From NCBI GenBank assembly GCA_002269645.1, contig NIVC01000151.1, positions 248,001 through 312,000 on the forward strand: a stretch of DNA of 64,000 nt, written 5' to 3'. Made by a program: the position numbers and the translations under genes. Below the pieces are notes generated by a model that was not told the origin of the DNA, did not search any database, and worked only from the letters and a program-made list of their open reading frames with translations. Source of the stretch: Macrostomum lignano. Lineage: Eukaryota. Position 1 is the stretch's first letter. Every line of letters begins with the position of its first letter. Shown piece after piece: positions 1-12,100 of the stretch.

Positions 1-1137
1 CCCAAACAATTGATAAAAGAAGACAGAGCTCAAGGCCTTTGCATAGATGCAAGACTAACTGACAATAGAAAATGGAATCCTGATCCATGGTGAACAAATT
101 GTGTTGCCCAGCAGCCTAGTCAAGACAATCCTAAAGTGTGCCCATGAAAGACACCTGGAAATTGTATAAATAAAATGACTTCTGCAATCAGCATACTGGT
201 GGCCAGGTATGGATAGTGCCATAACAAACTGTCAAGTTGTGTCTACTATGCTAGGATAGTGCTAAGTTGCACAAAATTATCATGCCAAATGATAGACCAG
301 TTGAAAAGCCTGGTCAAAGCTCGCAATTGACATCATCAGGTTGTTTGCAATTGCTCCACAAAATCAATGATTTATTGATTACTACTTGTCATATCTCGAG
401 ATCCTCACTGGAGACACAAGATCACCAAGGCTAATCAACTGGCTGACAGAGGTCTTCAATCACTTCAGCAATCCTGATACCCTGGTATTTGACAACAGAA
501 GCAGCTTTGTCTCTAGAGACATGGAGGACTTTCTCGCTTCATAAGATATTTGACACAAATATGTTCCACTGTATGAGCAAAGACAAAATGGCAAGGTGGA
601 AATCTTCAATTGAATGCTGAAGCATGTGGCACAAACCTTTGAGGTTGAGCGGAAGAGTTTTGAAGAGGGCATGCAACATACTATATTCAGCTACTGCACA
701 ATTCCAAATGAGAATGGAGATACACCTGCAAAACTGCTATTTGGCTGCAACATAAGAGCAAATTTCCAGCCTTGCAGAGCAACCAAGGTCAATGAAACAT
801 AGAACAAGCTAGTGACCACATTAAAACAGGAACTGCAGCAAGTATTCAAGCAACACTTCAAAGTTGGTGATCTGGTATGTATTTGTTTGCCACATTTGCC
901 AAAGGGCAGGTCCCCCTTTACCTCTCCATTCAAAGTCACCAAAGTGGTTGGCAACTTCATATACCAACTAGACAATGGGAAGGTTTGGACTGCGCCCAAC
1001 TTGGTACCATTCAGATGAGACAAAAAGCGACAGAACCAGTTGAGATACAGTCAAGTAGAGTGCACCAACAGCATGTCCATTGGTCCAAAAGACAAAATAA
1101 AGGAATGCCACTTAAGCAACTGATTGAGGAAGTATGA
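1..1137 (+). mobile_element. Decayed Ty3/gypsy LTR retrotransposon integrase region (3' end of pol)
   Basis: Stop- and frameshift-broken frames give ENGILIHGEQIVLP..ILKCAHE, AYWWPGMD..CQVC (H2C2 zinc region), FSNPDTLVFDNRSSF, NGKVEIFN, TIPNENGDTPAKLLFG, and FKVGDLV..FTSPFKVTKVVGNFIYQL (GPY/F-like module). Confidence 0.85.
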
Positions 1138-1163
1138 ACAACCAAGTGGAGAGTGCACTATTT

Positions 1164-1177
1164 AAGGAGGAGGGAAG
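1164..1177 (+). other. Polypurine tract of the gypsy element; the 3' LTR probably starts at about 1178
   Basis: AAGGAGGAGGGAAG directly after the integrase region, followed by TTGATATGG. The LTR end could not be located. Confidence 0.55.
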
Positions 1178-1525
1178 TTGATATGGATTTTAACTATGGA
1201 ATTTTACACATGCAGTTGAACTATCTATGGTCATAATTCTTGAAGACCCAGACAATTACTAAAGAGCTAGGCACACAAGGAAAAATGGAATTAACTAACT
1301 AATGAGCAGAGTAAGACAAGGGCTCCTATGATAACAAATTATTTCTAATCCTTTTTTTAACACAAATATACAATTAGATGGAACAAATTATTTTATAAAT
1401 ACATATTACTAGGCTTATTAAAGAGTGGTTCTACAATATTAGATAAATTCATTTTAGTCAAAATCATATTATATATTGTCTATGGCCTAGGCCTAGCTGA
1501 AATTCAATTTTAAGTATCAGATTAA

Positions 1526-1612
1526 ACATGCCTTTTGAGGGAGTTATTTGTATAAATCACGAGGGCCTGAGGCCTGAGGGATTTATGAAAATAACTCCCG
1601 AAAAAGGCATGT
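1526..1612. repeat. Imperfect palindrome / hairpin
   Basis: ACATGCCTTTT-GA-GGGAGTTATTT ... AAATAACTCCC-GA-AAAAGGCATGT, with outer GTCTATGG (about 1478) / CCATAGAC (about 1627). Confidence 0.7.
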
Positions 1613-2474
1613 GTAATCTCGTATAAACCATAGACATTAAGACTTTGTGGGATATTATTGAATATTACCAAATAAAATCCCGGAGAACGCAAATATTGTC
1701 ACAGAAAGTCTTTATTTCTATGGATTATTTTTATTTAGTCTTTATGGCTACATCATGGCAAGATAAAAAGAGTCAAAAAGTGAGTAGTGCCTTAGAACTT
1801 GTTAATAGCCTAGCAATTATCCCATGTAGGCCTAGTGTATCTCTAACTATAATATTATTGATGTAATTGTCCAGTTATCAAATAGATAGTATACTAGCCT
1901 TAGGCATAGGTGTAGGCTGCATTCTGTAAGGCAATGAGCACAGAGCACTTATAGCTCGTATTTGCTGTTGGTCCATAGGCTAGTGTTAGGCTAGATGGAG
2001 ATTCCACTGAAGCCTGATATCAATTGCCTATATTTTGTTTTTTTATTCAAATTATTTTAGTTATTAAATTCAGTTGGGGTGCGCTCCTCCCATAGAGTTT
2101 TCTTTATTTTTTATATAGAAAATACACATTATTGTGTATATATACATGTACATGATATAAATATACATGTACCTTAGTAATCTGCACCCCCCCCTCATTC
2201 AAAATTTTCTGGATCCGTACCTGCTGACTGGTAATTCACTAAGCCATCCATGCATCTGCATCTGCTTTTCTAGCTTCCCACTGTGGCAGCTCAGCTCTAG
2301 CAGTTTTTGACAGTCTGAGTAATTCCTGCCACTCCAATGCGCACCGCCTGGCCCAGTGCCAACTGCTGGCGTTGACCGTCCTCTGGCCAGTCCATTTTGC
2401 TGCTCCAACCAGGGCCTGCACCTGGACACCTGTGCGGAGTCTGGCAGTTGGGCCTCGCAGGCCAAGTCAGCCAG

Positions 2475-5276
2475 ATGTCCACTCTGCAGGGCGGCAACGG
2501 GAGCGGCGGCGTCGGAGGTGCGGGGCTACCCGAGCACATCTTGGCGCTGCACTCCGGCGACAAGCTGGTCCGCTGCGCCGCCTACATCGGCTCCTTCCCG
2601 GTGGAGGGCGCCGACCAGCGGCAGCGGACGGAGTTTGTCCACCAGCAGCTCGAGGCGATGCAGGGCTGCGGCCGGTCCCGGCCCGTGCAGCTGTGGATCG
2701 CCCTGACTGGCGTCAAGGTGTGCGACCACACTGGGGAGCAGGTGAGCGGCCGCTTTTATAGCATTTGAAAAGATTTGAGCTTGTGAAAGAGACCAGCCAC
2801 AGGCCACCTCCAGCCACAGACCATCTCCAGCCACAGACCATCTCCAGCCACAGACCATCTCCAGCCACAGACCATCTCCAGCCACAGACCATCTCCAGTC
2901 ACAGACCATCTCCAGCCACAGACCACCTCCAGCCACAGACCATCTCCAGCCACAGACCATCTCCAGCCACAGGCCACCTCCAGCCACAGACCACCTCCAG
3001 CCACAGACCACCTCCAGCCACAGACCACCTCCAGCCACAGGCCACCTCCAGCCACAGACCACCTCCAGTCACAGACAACCTCCAGCCACAGGCCACCTCC
3101 AGCCACAGACCACCTCCAGCCACAGACCATCTCTGTAAATTGTCACAGAATCCGCATCCCCAAGCCAGCACTGAGCGACCCTTCGGCCCGCAGGTGCTGA
3201 TGGCGCACGCCCTTCGCCGCATCTCCTACGCGAACTGCAACCCGGACCACCAGCAGTTCGCCTTCATGGCCCGCGAGCCCAAGACGCAGGTCAGTCTGCA
3301 GTATTGCCACGCCTTTGTCACGGACAGCGCTCAGCTGGCCGAGGAGCTCAACAACCTGCTGGGCGACTGCTTCAAGCTGGCCTACGCGCTGCAGCAGCAG
3401 CAGGAGCAGCGAAAGAAGCAGCAACAGCAGCAACAACAACAGCAGCAGCAATTGCAGCAGCTCCCGCCGCCGCAGCCGGCTCCAACCGCCCAGCAACTGC
3501 TGATGAACGATCCCACCCTCGGCGCCCCTAATCGAGTCGGTAGCAACAGCGGCTTGCCCAGCAGCCTTGACTACCTGCGCCGCATCAACGCCTTTGCCCT
3601 TAGCAACGCTTGCGGCGGCCGCCAGCCCGCCCAGCCGTCGGCCCCCGGCGCCCCGGTGGAGAATTTCCGGTCCGCCTACGGCAACCCCGTCATCGTGCTG
3701 AAGGAGTGCATCGACCAGTCCGTGACATCCGGCGGCGGAATCCTGGTTGGTCCCGCCGCTTTGGCTGCCGGCGGCAGCGGCGGTCGGGACACCGTGGACG
3801 CCCCGACCATCGGCAGGAACCTTGTGAACAACAACGGCTTCTCCGTTGGCACTGCGGCCCCCTCTGCTACCGATGTGGAGTCTCCGCCGCCGCCTCTGCC
3901 GCTTCGGTGAGAACTTTTTGTGCCTTGGCTGCTTTGAGGCACCCACGAATCCTCGGGGCTTCCTCGTGAAGGGTCTGATCTGAGTTTCCTCATGAAGGGT
4001 CCAATAAAAGCTGGGTTTCCTCATGAAGGATTTGATAAAAGCTGGGCTTCCTCATGAAGGGTTGATGAAAGCAGGGTTTCCTCATGAAGGGTGCGATGAA
4101 AGCAGGGTTTCCTCATGAAGGGTCTGATGAAAGCAGGGCTTCCTCATGAAGGGTGTGATGAAAGCTGTGCTTCCTCATGAAGGGTCTGGTGAAAGCAGGG
4201 CTTCCTCATGAAGGATATGATGAAAGCAGGGTTTCCTCATGAAGGGTCTGATGAAAGCAGGGTTTCCTCATGAAGGGTCTGATGAAAGCAGGGCTTCCTC
4301 ATGAAGGGTGTGATGAAAGCTGTGCTTCCTCATGAAGGGTCTGGTGAAAGCAGGGCTTCCTCATGAAGGATATGATGAAAGCAGGGTTTCCTCATGAAGG
4401 GTCTGATGAAAGCAGGGTTTCCTCATGAAGGGTCTGATGAAAGCAGGGCTTCCTCATGAAGGGTGTGATGAAAGCTGGGCTTCCTCATGAAGGGTGTGAT
4501 GAAAGCTGTGCTTCCTCATGAAGGGTGTGATGAAAGCTGTGCTTCCTCATGAAGGGTCTGATCAAAGCAGGGTTTCCTCATGAAGGGCCTGATGAAAGCT
4601 GGGCTTCCTCATGAAGGGCCTGATCAAAGCAGGGTTTCCTCATGAAGGGCCTGATGAAAGCTGGGTTTCCTCATGAAGGGCCTGATGAGCAATTCCACTT
4701 TCTGCTCCTCCCAGTTACGACAGCCTGCGACCCTCGTCCTCCGACCGCACCCTGGAGCCGCCGCTGTCCTCTGAGCTGACCCCGGCAGCCTGGTATCAGG
4801 CCGACCTGCCCCGCGACCTCGCCCTCGAGCTGCTCAGCCGCGAGGAGATCGGCGGCTTCATCGTCCGGGACAGCAGCACCCACGTGAACTGCTACGCCTT
4901 GTCCGTGCGGGTGCCGCGCCAGGACAACCCGTCGGGCTACGCGCACTACCTGATCCAGCGCACCGCCAGGGGCGTCAAGCTCAAGGGCCTCCCCAAGGAG
5001 TGGCCCAGTCTGCAGTCGCTGGTGTGCCACCTGTCCGTGATGCCGGAGATGCTGCCCTGCCCGCTGCGGCTGCCCAGGCAGCAGGAGAACCCCATCTACT
5101 CCGAGCACCCGCCCGTCCCGCCCGGGGCTGGCGGCAGCGGAGGTGGCGGGCCAGCGAACCCGGAACCGGAGGATCTGGCGGGCCAGGCGTGCCCCTACGG
5201 CTTGAACCTGCCACCCGATGAAGACTATCAGAGACTGTCCGACTTCAGCTCCATCATGGCCGAGCTGCGAGTCTGA
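2475..5276 (+). CDS. SH2D5: SH2D5-like adaptor protein (PTB + SH2 domains), 3 coding exons
   Basis: Exons 2475-2741, 3194-3906 and 4715-5276 with GT-AG ends and matching phases (0, 2). PTB: YIGSFPV..QLWIALTGVKV..VLMAHALRRISY..QFAFMAREP..YCHAF. SH2: WYQADLPRDLALELL..GGFIVRDSS..YALSVRV..HYLIQRT..WPSLQSLVCHLS..LPCPL. The ATG at 2475 follows a CAG, so further upstream exons are possible. Confidence 0.88.
2795..3132. repeat. 17-bp minisatellite in SH2D5 intron 1
   Basis: Unit CCATCTCCAGCCACAGA with variants. Confidence 0.95.
3393..3460 (+). repeat. CAG/CAA poly-glutamine tract in the SH2D5-like coding sequence
   Basis: QQQQEQRKKQQQQQQQQQQQLQQ immediately after the PTB domain. Confidence 0.9.
3950..4688. 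repeat. 31-bp minisatellite in SH2D5 intron 2
   Basis: Unit GGGTTTCCTCATGAAGGGTCTGATGAAAGCA. Confidence 0.95.
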
Positions 5277-5404
5277 TAGAGATTTCATTCAGTTGCCGAT
5301 ATGTATCGAAACTCGCGTAAATGTAGGCGATTTTTTACACATCAGAATCGATTTTGCAGTACAGGCGGAGCCGGGCCAGTAAATTTCAAGCAATCTCTGA
5401 CTGC

Positions 5405-6385
5405 CTGTCTGAATCGCTGTTGGAATGCCGGTCTTCTCCACCTGTCTGAGACTGATTCGGTGTTGGAATGCCGGTCTTCTCCACCTGTCTGAGACTGATT
5501 CGCTGTTGGAATGCCGGTCTTCTCCACCTGTCTGAGACTGATTCGCTGTTGGAATGCCGGTCTTCTCCATCTGTCTGAGACTGATTCGGTGTTGGAATGC
5601 CGGTCTTCTCCACCTGTCTGAATCGCTGTTGGAATGCCGGTCTTCTCCACCTGTCTGAGACTGATTCGCTGTTGGAATGCCGGTCTTCTCCACCTGTCTG
5701 AGACTGATTCGCTGTTGGAATGCCGGTCTTCTCCATCTGTCTGAGACTGATTCGCTGTTGGAATGCCGGTCTTCTCCATCTGTCTGAGACTGATTCGCTG
5801 TTGGAATTCCGGTCTTCTCCATCTGTCTGAGACTGATTCGCTGTTGGAATGCCGGTCTTCTCCACCTGTCTGAGACTGATTCGCTGTTGGAATGCCGGTC
5901 TTCTCCACCTGTCTGAGACTGATTCGCTGTTGGAATGCCGGTCTTCTCCATCTGTCTGAGACTGATTCGCTGTTGGAATGCCGGTCTTCTCCACCTGTCT
6001 GAATCGCTGTTGGAATGCCGGTCTTCTCCACCTGTCTGAGACTGATTCGGTGTTGGAATGCCGGTCTTCTCCACCTGTCTGAGACTGATTCGCTGTTGGA
6101 ATGCCGGTCTTCTCCACCTGTCTGAGACTGATTCGCTGTTGGAATGCCGGTCTTCTCCATTTGTCTGAGACTGATTCGGTGTTGGAATGCCGGTCTTCTC
6201 CACCTGTCTGAGACTGATTCGCTGTTGGAATGCCGGTCTTCTCCATTTGTCTGAGACTGATTCGGTGTTGGAATGCCGGTCTTCTCCACCTGTCTGATTC
6301 GCTGTTGGAATGCCGGTCTTCTCCACCTGTCTGATTCGCTGTTGGAATGCCGGTCTTCTCCACCTGTATGATTCTCACCTGTCTG
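5405..6385. repeat. 43-bp minisatellite downstream of the SH2D5 stop
   Basis: Unit GCTGTTGGAATGCCGGTCTTCTCCACCTGTCTGAGACTGATTC with shorter deletion variants. Confidence 0.95.
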
Positions 6386-7054
6386 ATGATGGGAACTCAG
6401 GTTTTCGAAAACCTTCAATTCCTCTTAGCTGCTGAAGCATCTGAAACGAAGGCCCGGTGATGCCGATTGTCAATCAATGCACTATTAGTAGCTATTTAGA
6501 TGCCTGGGCAAAGCTGCCTGTTGTATCCTGCATGCTGACTGTATTTAATAACATATATAAATATGTATTAGGAATTGTTTATCGAATCCTGATTGCTTAT
6601 AAATGATTAATTCTGCCGTCAAAGCTGTACTACCGTCTCCAGGGACGGTCATAGCAGAGATTACAGTCCCCTGTTGCTAAGGAACGGTGCGGCGTCGCCC
6701 CTGCGCTTTTTTATTCTAGTCCGGCCTTTTTTAATTCCACCCGGCGCCTAAATCACCGTGTTCACAGGCAGGGGCTGCCCGCCTCCGCTGCACACCTGTT
6801 GCTTCTTCCCACTGTTTGCACTTTAACTGCCCCGTCTTTTATCCCCGCGTGTCCCGCGCGTCATCAGCCGGCCGGACTGCTGGGCCATGACAGATACGGG
6901 CATTCAAGTCTCAGCGGCCACCGCGAGCACTCGGTCTCCACAGGAGCTTTTGGTCTGCTTCCTTTTTCTGCCTTTTAAAGGCCCTTCTGTTACTGTACTA
7001 CTTAAGGGAATCAAAAGAGATCCCGGTTGCTAGGCGTTTGCTGTGAGATTGTTA

Positions 7055-7798
7055 TACGGTTGCTATGTGGTTGCTAAGGTAGACGGTTGCTATGTGGTTG
7101 CTAAGGTAGACGGTTGCTATGTGGTTGCTAAGGTAGACGGTTGCTATGTGGTTTCTAAGGTAGATGGTTACTATGTGGTTGCTAAGGTAGACGGTTACTA
7201 TGTGGTTGCTAAGGTAGATGGTTACTATGTGGTTGCTAAGGTAGACGGTTGCTATGTGGTTGCTAAGGTAGACGGTTGCTATGTGGTTTCTAACGTAGAC
7301 GGTTACTATGTGATTGCTAAGGTATGTGGTTGCTAAGGTAGACGGTTACTATGTGGTTGCTAAGGTAGACGGTTACTATGTGGTTTCTAAGGTAGACGGT
7401 TGCTATGTGGTTTCTAAGGTAGACGGTTACTATGTGATTGCTAAGGTATGTGGTTGCTAAGGTAGACGGTTACTATGTGGTTGCTAAGGTAGACGGTTAC
7501 TATGTGGTTGCTAAGGTAGACGGTTGCTATGTGGTTGCTAAGGTAGATGGTTACTATGTGGTTGCTAAGGTAGACGGTTGCTATGTGGTTTCTAAGGTAG
7601 ACGGTTACTATGTGATTGCTAAGGTATGTGGTTACTAAGGTAGACGGTTACTATGTGGTTGCTAAGGTAGACGGTTACTATGTGGTTGCTAAGGTAGACG
7701 GTTGCTATGTGGTTGCTAAGGTAGACGGTTACTATGTGATTGCTAAGGTAGACGGTTACTATGTGATTTCTAAGGTAGACGGTTGCTATGTGGTTGCT
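7055..7798. repeat. 27-bp minisatellite
   Basis: Unit GTTGCTAAGGTAGACGGTTACTATGTG. Confidence 0.95.
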
Positions 7799-8829
7799 TG
7801 GCAACTGCTTTTAATTACTCTATCCATTCTGGGGTTACAACTCAATCATGACTGCTTCAGCATATGTAAGCATGAGCAGCGGTTTTAACTTATTAATTGA
7901 TGGCTTAAATATTTTCTTAGTCTTTCAAGCTTCCCTTCGCCTTTGGTCTCCGCCTCCTTCTGTCTTCTTGCAGCCCCCCGTTCTCAGACTGGAAAATTGC
8001 AGCCACTGCTTCTCATTTGCTGCACAGCCTGTCAGTAGCGCAGCTCGCGCGGATCTCTGCCTGGCCATTCGCTTATTTTACACGCAGAGCCGGGCGCCAC
8101 CCCCTGTGTTCGCTGCGCTGACTCGCCAGCTGTTTTTATCCGTTTGCCGCCTTCGAACTTCAATTAACCCCGGCTTTTTGCTGCTTGTCCACTTTGTGTT
8201 TTTACTTGGCAATCTCCACTGATGACGGAGGATTTTTGCTGGATTTTTACCGCTTGCTTGAGCAGTTCACTCTGTGTATCCCGGTTCCCCCTGCGAGTTT
8301 CTGTCCCCCTCCGCTTCCGAGCTGAACTCAGTCTCAGGCCAGTCTGCCTATACTTGCTGCATGTCGGGCCCTGCACTGACACCCCTGCCCAGCCATTCAC
8401 AGGCTTAGCAATTCAAGAAAATTCTTGTAAGTTTCAGTTCTGCACATCGGCTCAATCATGATTGATGACACTTTTTGTTTATGTTTTGATTGCCTTGGCG
8501 AATAATATCAGTGCGAATTTTACATTTCACTCTACTGCTGCTGCTTCAGATGCAGTAGCATGATTAGCGCATGCGCTGTACTATTTAATTTCTGACAAGA
8601 AGCCCGTATTTATATTTAAATATAAGAAGCCGTTCTGTTTCTCCTTGACAAAGTCGCTGATTAATCACAAATTTTGCTCCGTATTTCTAATTGTCGAATC
8701 GCCGAGTCTCCTTAGCCTTCTGTCTTTATCTGATCGCTGCGACTGAGCAGCTGCTCGCTGGAAATTGCTTCAAGGTGGCTGATTTGCAGAGGCTTCTTGC
8801 TCCTGGTTCATATCGTCCCCAGCCAGGCT

Positions 8830-9150
8830 CTCGCGCAGTGCAGGAGGGACTGCCAGTTAGTGCAAAAATATCGACTACGCGGACAATGTCACTGCCACTG
8901 TGGCTGGACCATCACCCGCGGTCCTCAGAGACCTCCTTCAAGCCTTCATCCACCATGCCGAGCGCTGGGTACGCAGCTGCGGTCCTCTGGTGGATTTACA
9001 CTGCCATTGTGAGACAGGCCATCTCATTCACCGGCTTCATTTGGAACAGTGCCCTGGAAGTGAAAGGGGTTTTTGAATCTCTCAACAAGGTGCAAGGCCG
9101 CGCTTGTCGAGCTATCATGAGTGCGACTTCTCTAAGCCCTTTGTTTGAGT
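8830..9150 (+). mobile_element. Decayed non-LTR retrotransposon RT fragment (R1/LOA-like)
   Basis: TAC GCG GAC AAT (YADN, a YADD-like motif) at 8876. A downstream frame reads LWWIYTAIVRQAISFTGFIW..LNKVQGRACRAIMSA, matching the RT-thumb pattern typical of these clades. Frameshifted. Confidence 0.55.
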
Positions 9151-12100
9151 TCAGTTTCCTTTAGTGTTTGAGTTCAGCTTCCTGTAGGTTTTGAGTTCAG
9201 TTTCCTGTAGGGTTTGAGCTCAGCTTCCTGTAGTGTTTTAGCTCAGCTTCCTGTAGGTTTTAGCTCAGCTTCCTGTAGGTTTTAGCTCAGCTTCCTGTAG
9301 GGTTTGAGCTCAGCTTCCTGTAGTGTTTGAGTTCAGCTTCCTGTAGGTTTTGAGTTCAGTTTCCTGTAGGGTTTGAGTTCAGTTTCCTTTAGTGTTTGAG
9401 TTCAGCTTCCTGTAGGTTTTGAGTTCAGTTTCCTGTAGGGTTTGAGTTCAGTTTCCTGTAGGGTTTGAGTTCAGCTTCCTGTAGCGTCTGAGTTCAGCTT
9501 CCTGTAGGGTCTGAGCTCAGCTTCCTGTAGGGTTTGAGTTCAGTTTCCTGTAGGGTTTGAGCTTAGCTTCCTGTAGTGTTTGAGTTCAGCTTCCTGTAGG
9601 TTTTGAGTTCAGTTTCCTGTAGGGTTTGAGTTCAGTTTCCTGTAGGGTTTGAGTTCAGCTTCCTGTAGGGTTTGAGTTCAGTTTCCTGTAGGGTTTGAGT
9701 TCAGCTTCCTGTAGGGTTTGAGTTCAGTTTCCTGTAGGGTTTGAGCTCAGCTTCCTGTGTTTGAGCTCAGCTTCCTGTAGGTTTTAGCTCAGCTTCCTGT
9801 AGTGTTTGAGCTTAGCTTCCTGTAGGGTTTGAGCTCAGCTTCCTGTAGGGTTTGAGCTCAGCTTCCTGTAGTGTTTGAGCTCGGCTTCCTGTGTTTGAGC
9901 TCAGCTTCCTGTAGGTTTTAGCTCAGCTTCCTGTAGTGTTTGAGCTTAGCTTCCTGTAGGGTTTGAGCTCAGCTTCCTGTAGGGTTTGAGTTCAGTTTCC
10001 TGTAGTGTTTGAGCTCGGCTTCCTGTGTTTGAGCTCAGCTTCCTGTAGGTTTTAGCTCAGCTTCCTGTAGTGTTTGAGCTTAGCTTCCTGTAGGGTTTGA
10101 GCTCAGCTTCCTGTAGGGTTTGAGCTCAGCTTCCTGTAGTGTTTGAGCTCAGCTTCCTGTAGGTTTTAGCTCAGCTTCCTGTAGGGTTTGAGTTCAACTT
10201 CCTGTAGGGTTTGAGCTCAGCTTCTTGTAGGGTTTGAGCTCAGCTTCCTGTAGGGTTTGAGCTCAGCTTCCTGTAGGGTTTGAGTTCAGTTTCTTGTTGG
10301 GTTCGAGTTCAACTTTCCTGTAGGGTTTGAGCTCAGCTTCCTGTAGGGTTTGAGCTCAGTTTCCTGTAGGGTTTGAGCTCAGCTTCTTGTAGGGTTTGAG
10401 CTCAGTTTCCTGTAGGGTTTGAGCTCGGTTTCCTGTGTTTGAGCTCAGCTTCCTGTAGGGTTTGAGCTCAGCTTCTTGTAGGGTTTGAGCTCAGTTTCCT
10501 GTAGGGTTTGAGCTCAGTTTCCTGTAGGGTTTGAGCTCAGCTTCCTGTAGGGTTTGAGCTCAGTTTCTTGTAGGGTTTGAGCTCAGCTTCCTGTAGGGTT
10601 TGAGCTCAGCTTCCTGTAGGGTTTGAGTTCAGTTTCTTGTTGGGTTCGAGTTCAACTTTCCTGTAGGGTTTGAGCTCAGCTTCCTGTAGGGTTTGAGCTC
10701 AGTTTCCTGTAGGGTTTTAGCTCAGCTTCCTGTAGGGTTTGAGTTCAACTTCCTGTAGGGTTTGAGCTCAGCTTCTTGTAGGGTTTGAGCTCAGCTTCCT
10801 GTAGGGTTTGAGCTCAGCTTCCTGTAGGGTTTGAGTTCAGTTTCTTGTTGGGTTCGAGTTCAACTTTCCTGTAGGGTTTGAGCTCAGCTTCCTGTAGGGT
10901 TTGAGCTCAGTTTCCTGTAGGGTTTGAGCTCAGCTTCTTGTAGGGTTTGAGCTCAGTTTCCTGTAGGGTTTGAGCTCGGTTTCCTGTGTTTGAGCTCAGC
11001 TTCCTGTAGGGTTTGAGCTCAGCTTCTTGTAGGGTTTGAGCTCAGTTTCCTGTAGGGTTTGAGCTCAGTTTCCTGTAGGGTTTGAGTTCAGTTTCCTGTA
11101 GGGTTTGAGTTCAGCTTCCTGTAGGGTTTGAGTTCAGTTTCCTGTAGGGTTTGAGCTCAGCTTCCTGTGTTTGAGCTCAGCTTCCTGTAGGTTTTAGCTC
11201 AGCTTCCTGTAGTGTTTGAGCTTAGCTTCCTGTAGGGTTTGAGCTCAGCTTCCTGTAGGTTTTGAGTTCAGTTTCCTGTAGGGTTTGAGTTCAGTTTCCT
11301 TTAGTGTTTGAGTTCAGCTTCCTGTAGGTTTTGAGTTCAGTTTCCTGTAGGGTTTGAGTTCAGTTTCCTGTAGGGTTTGAGTTCAGCTTCCTGTAGCGTC
11401 TGAGTTCAGCTTCCTGTAGGGTCTGAGCTCAGCTTCCTGTAGGGTTTGAGTTCAGTTTCCTGTAGGGTTTGAGCTTAGCTTCCTGTAGTGTTTGAGTTCA
11501 GCTTCCTGTAGGTTTTGAGTTCAGTTTCCTGTAGGGTTTGAGTTCAGTTTCCTGTAGGGTTTGAGTTCAGCTTCCTGTAGCGTCTGAGTTCAGCTTCCTG
11601 TAGGGTCTGAGCTCAGCTTCCTGTAGGGTTTGAGTTCAGTTTCCTGTAGGGTTTGAGCTTAGCTTCCTGTAGTGTTTGAGTTCAGCTTCCTGTAGGTTTT
11701 AGCTCAGCTTCCTGTAGTGTTTGAGCTTAGCTTCCTGTAGGGTTTGAGCTCAGCTTCCTGTAGGGTTTGAGCTCAGCTTCCTGTAGTGTTTGAGCTCGGC
11801 TTCCTGTGTTTGAGCTCAGCTTCCTGTAGGTTTTAGCTCAGCTTCCTGTAGTGTTTGAGCTTAGCTTCCTGTAGGGTTTGAGCTCAGCTTCCTGTAGGGT
11901 TTGAGTTCAGTTTCCTGTAGTGTTTGAGCTCGGCTTCCTGTGTTTGAGCTCAGCTTCCTGTAGGTTTTAGCTCAGCTTCCTGTAGTGTTTGAGCTTAGCT
12001 TCCTGTAGGGTTTGAGCTCAGCTTCCTGTAGGGTTTGAGCTCAGCTTCCTGTAGTGTTTGAGCTCAGCTTCCTGTAGGTTTTAGCTCAGCTTCCTGTAGG

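Noticed and set aside
2187-2223. MITE-like terminus (reverse of CAGGTACGGATCCAG..GGGGGGG)
   Set aside because: No partner terminus or TSD found in the window.
2526-3222. Trp/Gly-rich ORFs on the minus strand and the QPQT-repeat start of ORF 2765..3910
   Set aside because: Read-through of the 17-bp intronic array; the flanking exons join in phase without it.
5289-6418. Three 330-358 aa repetitive ORFs, and a possible CRISPR-like repeat
   Set aside because: Open in all three minus-strand frames, typical of a stop-free tandem repeat; no unique spacers and no cas genes; eukaryotic context.
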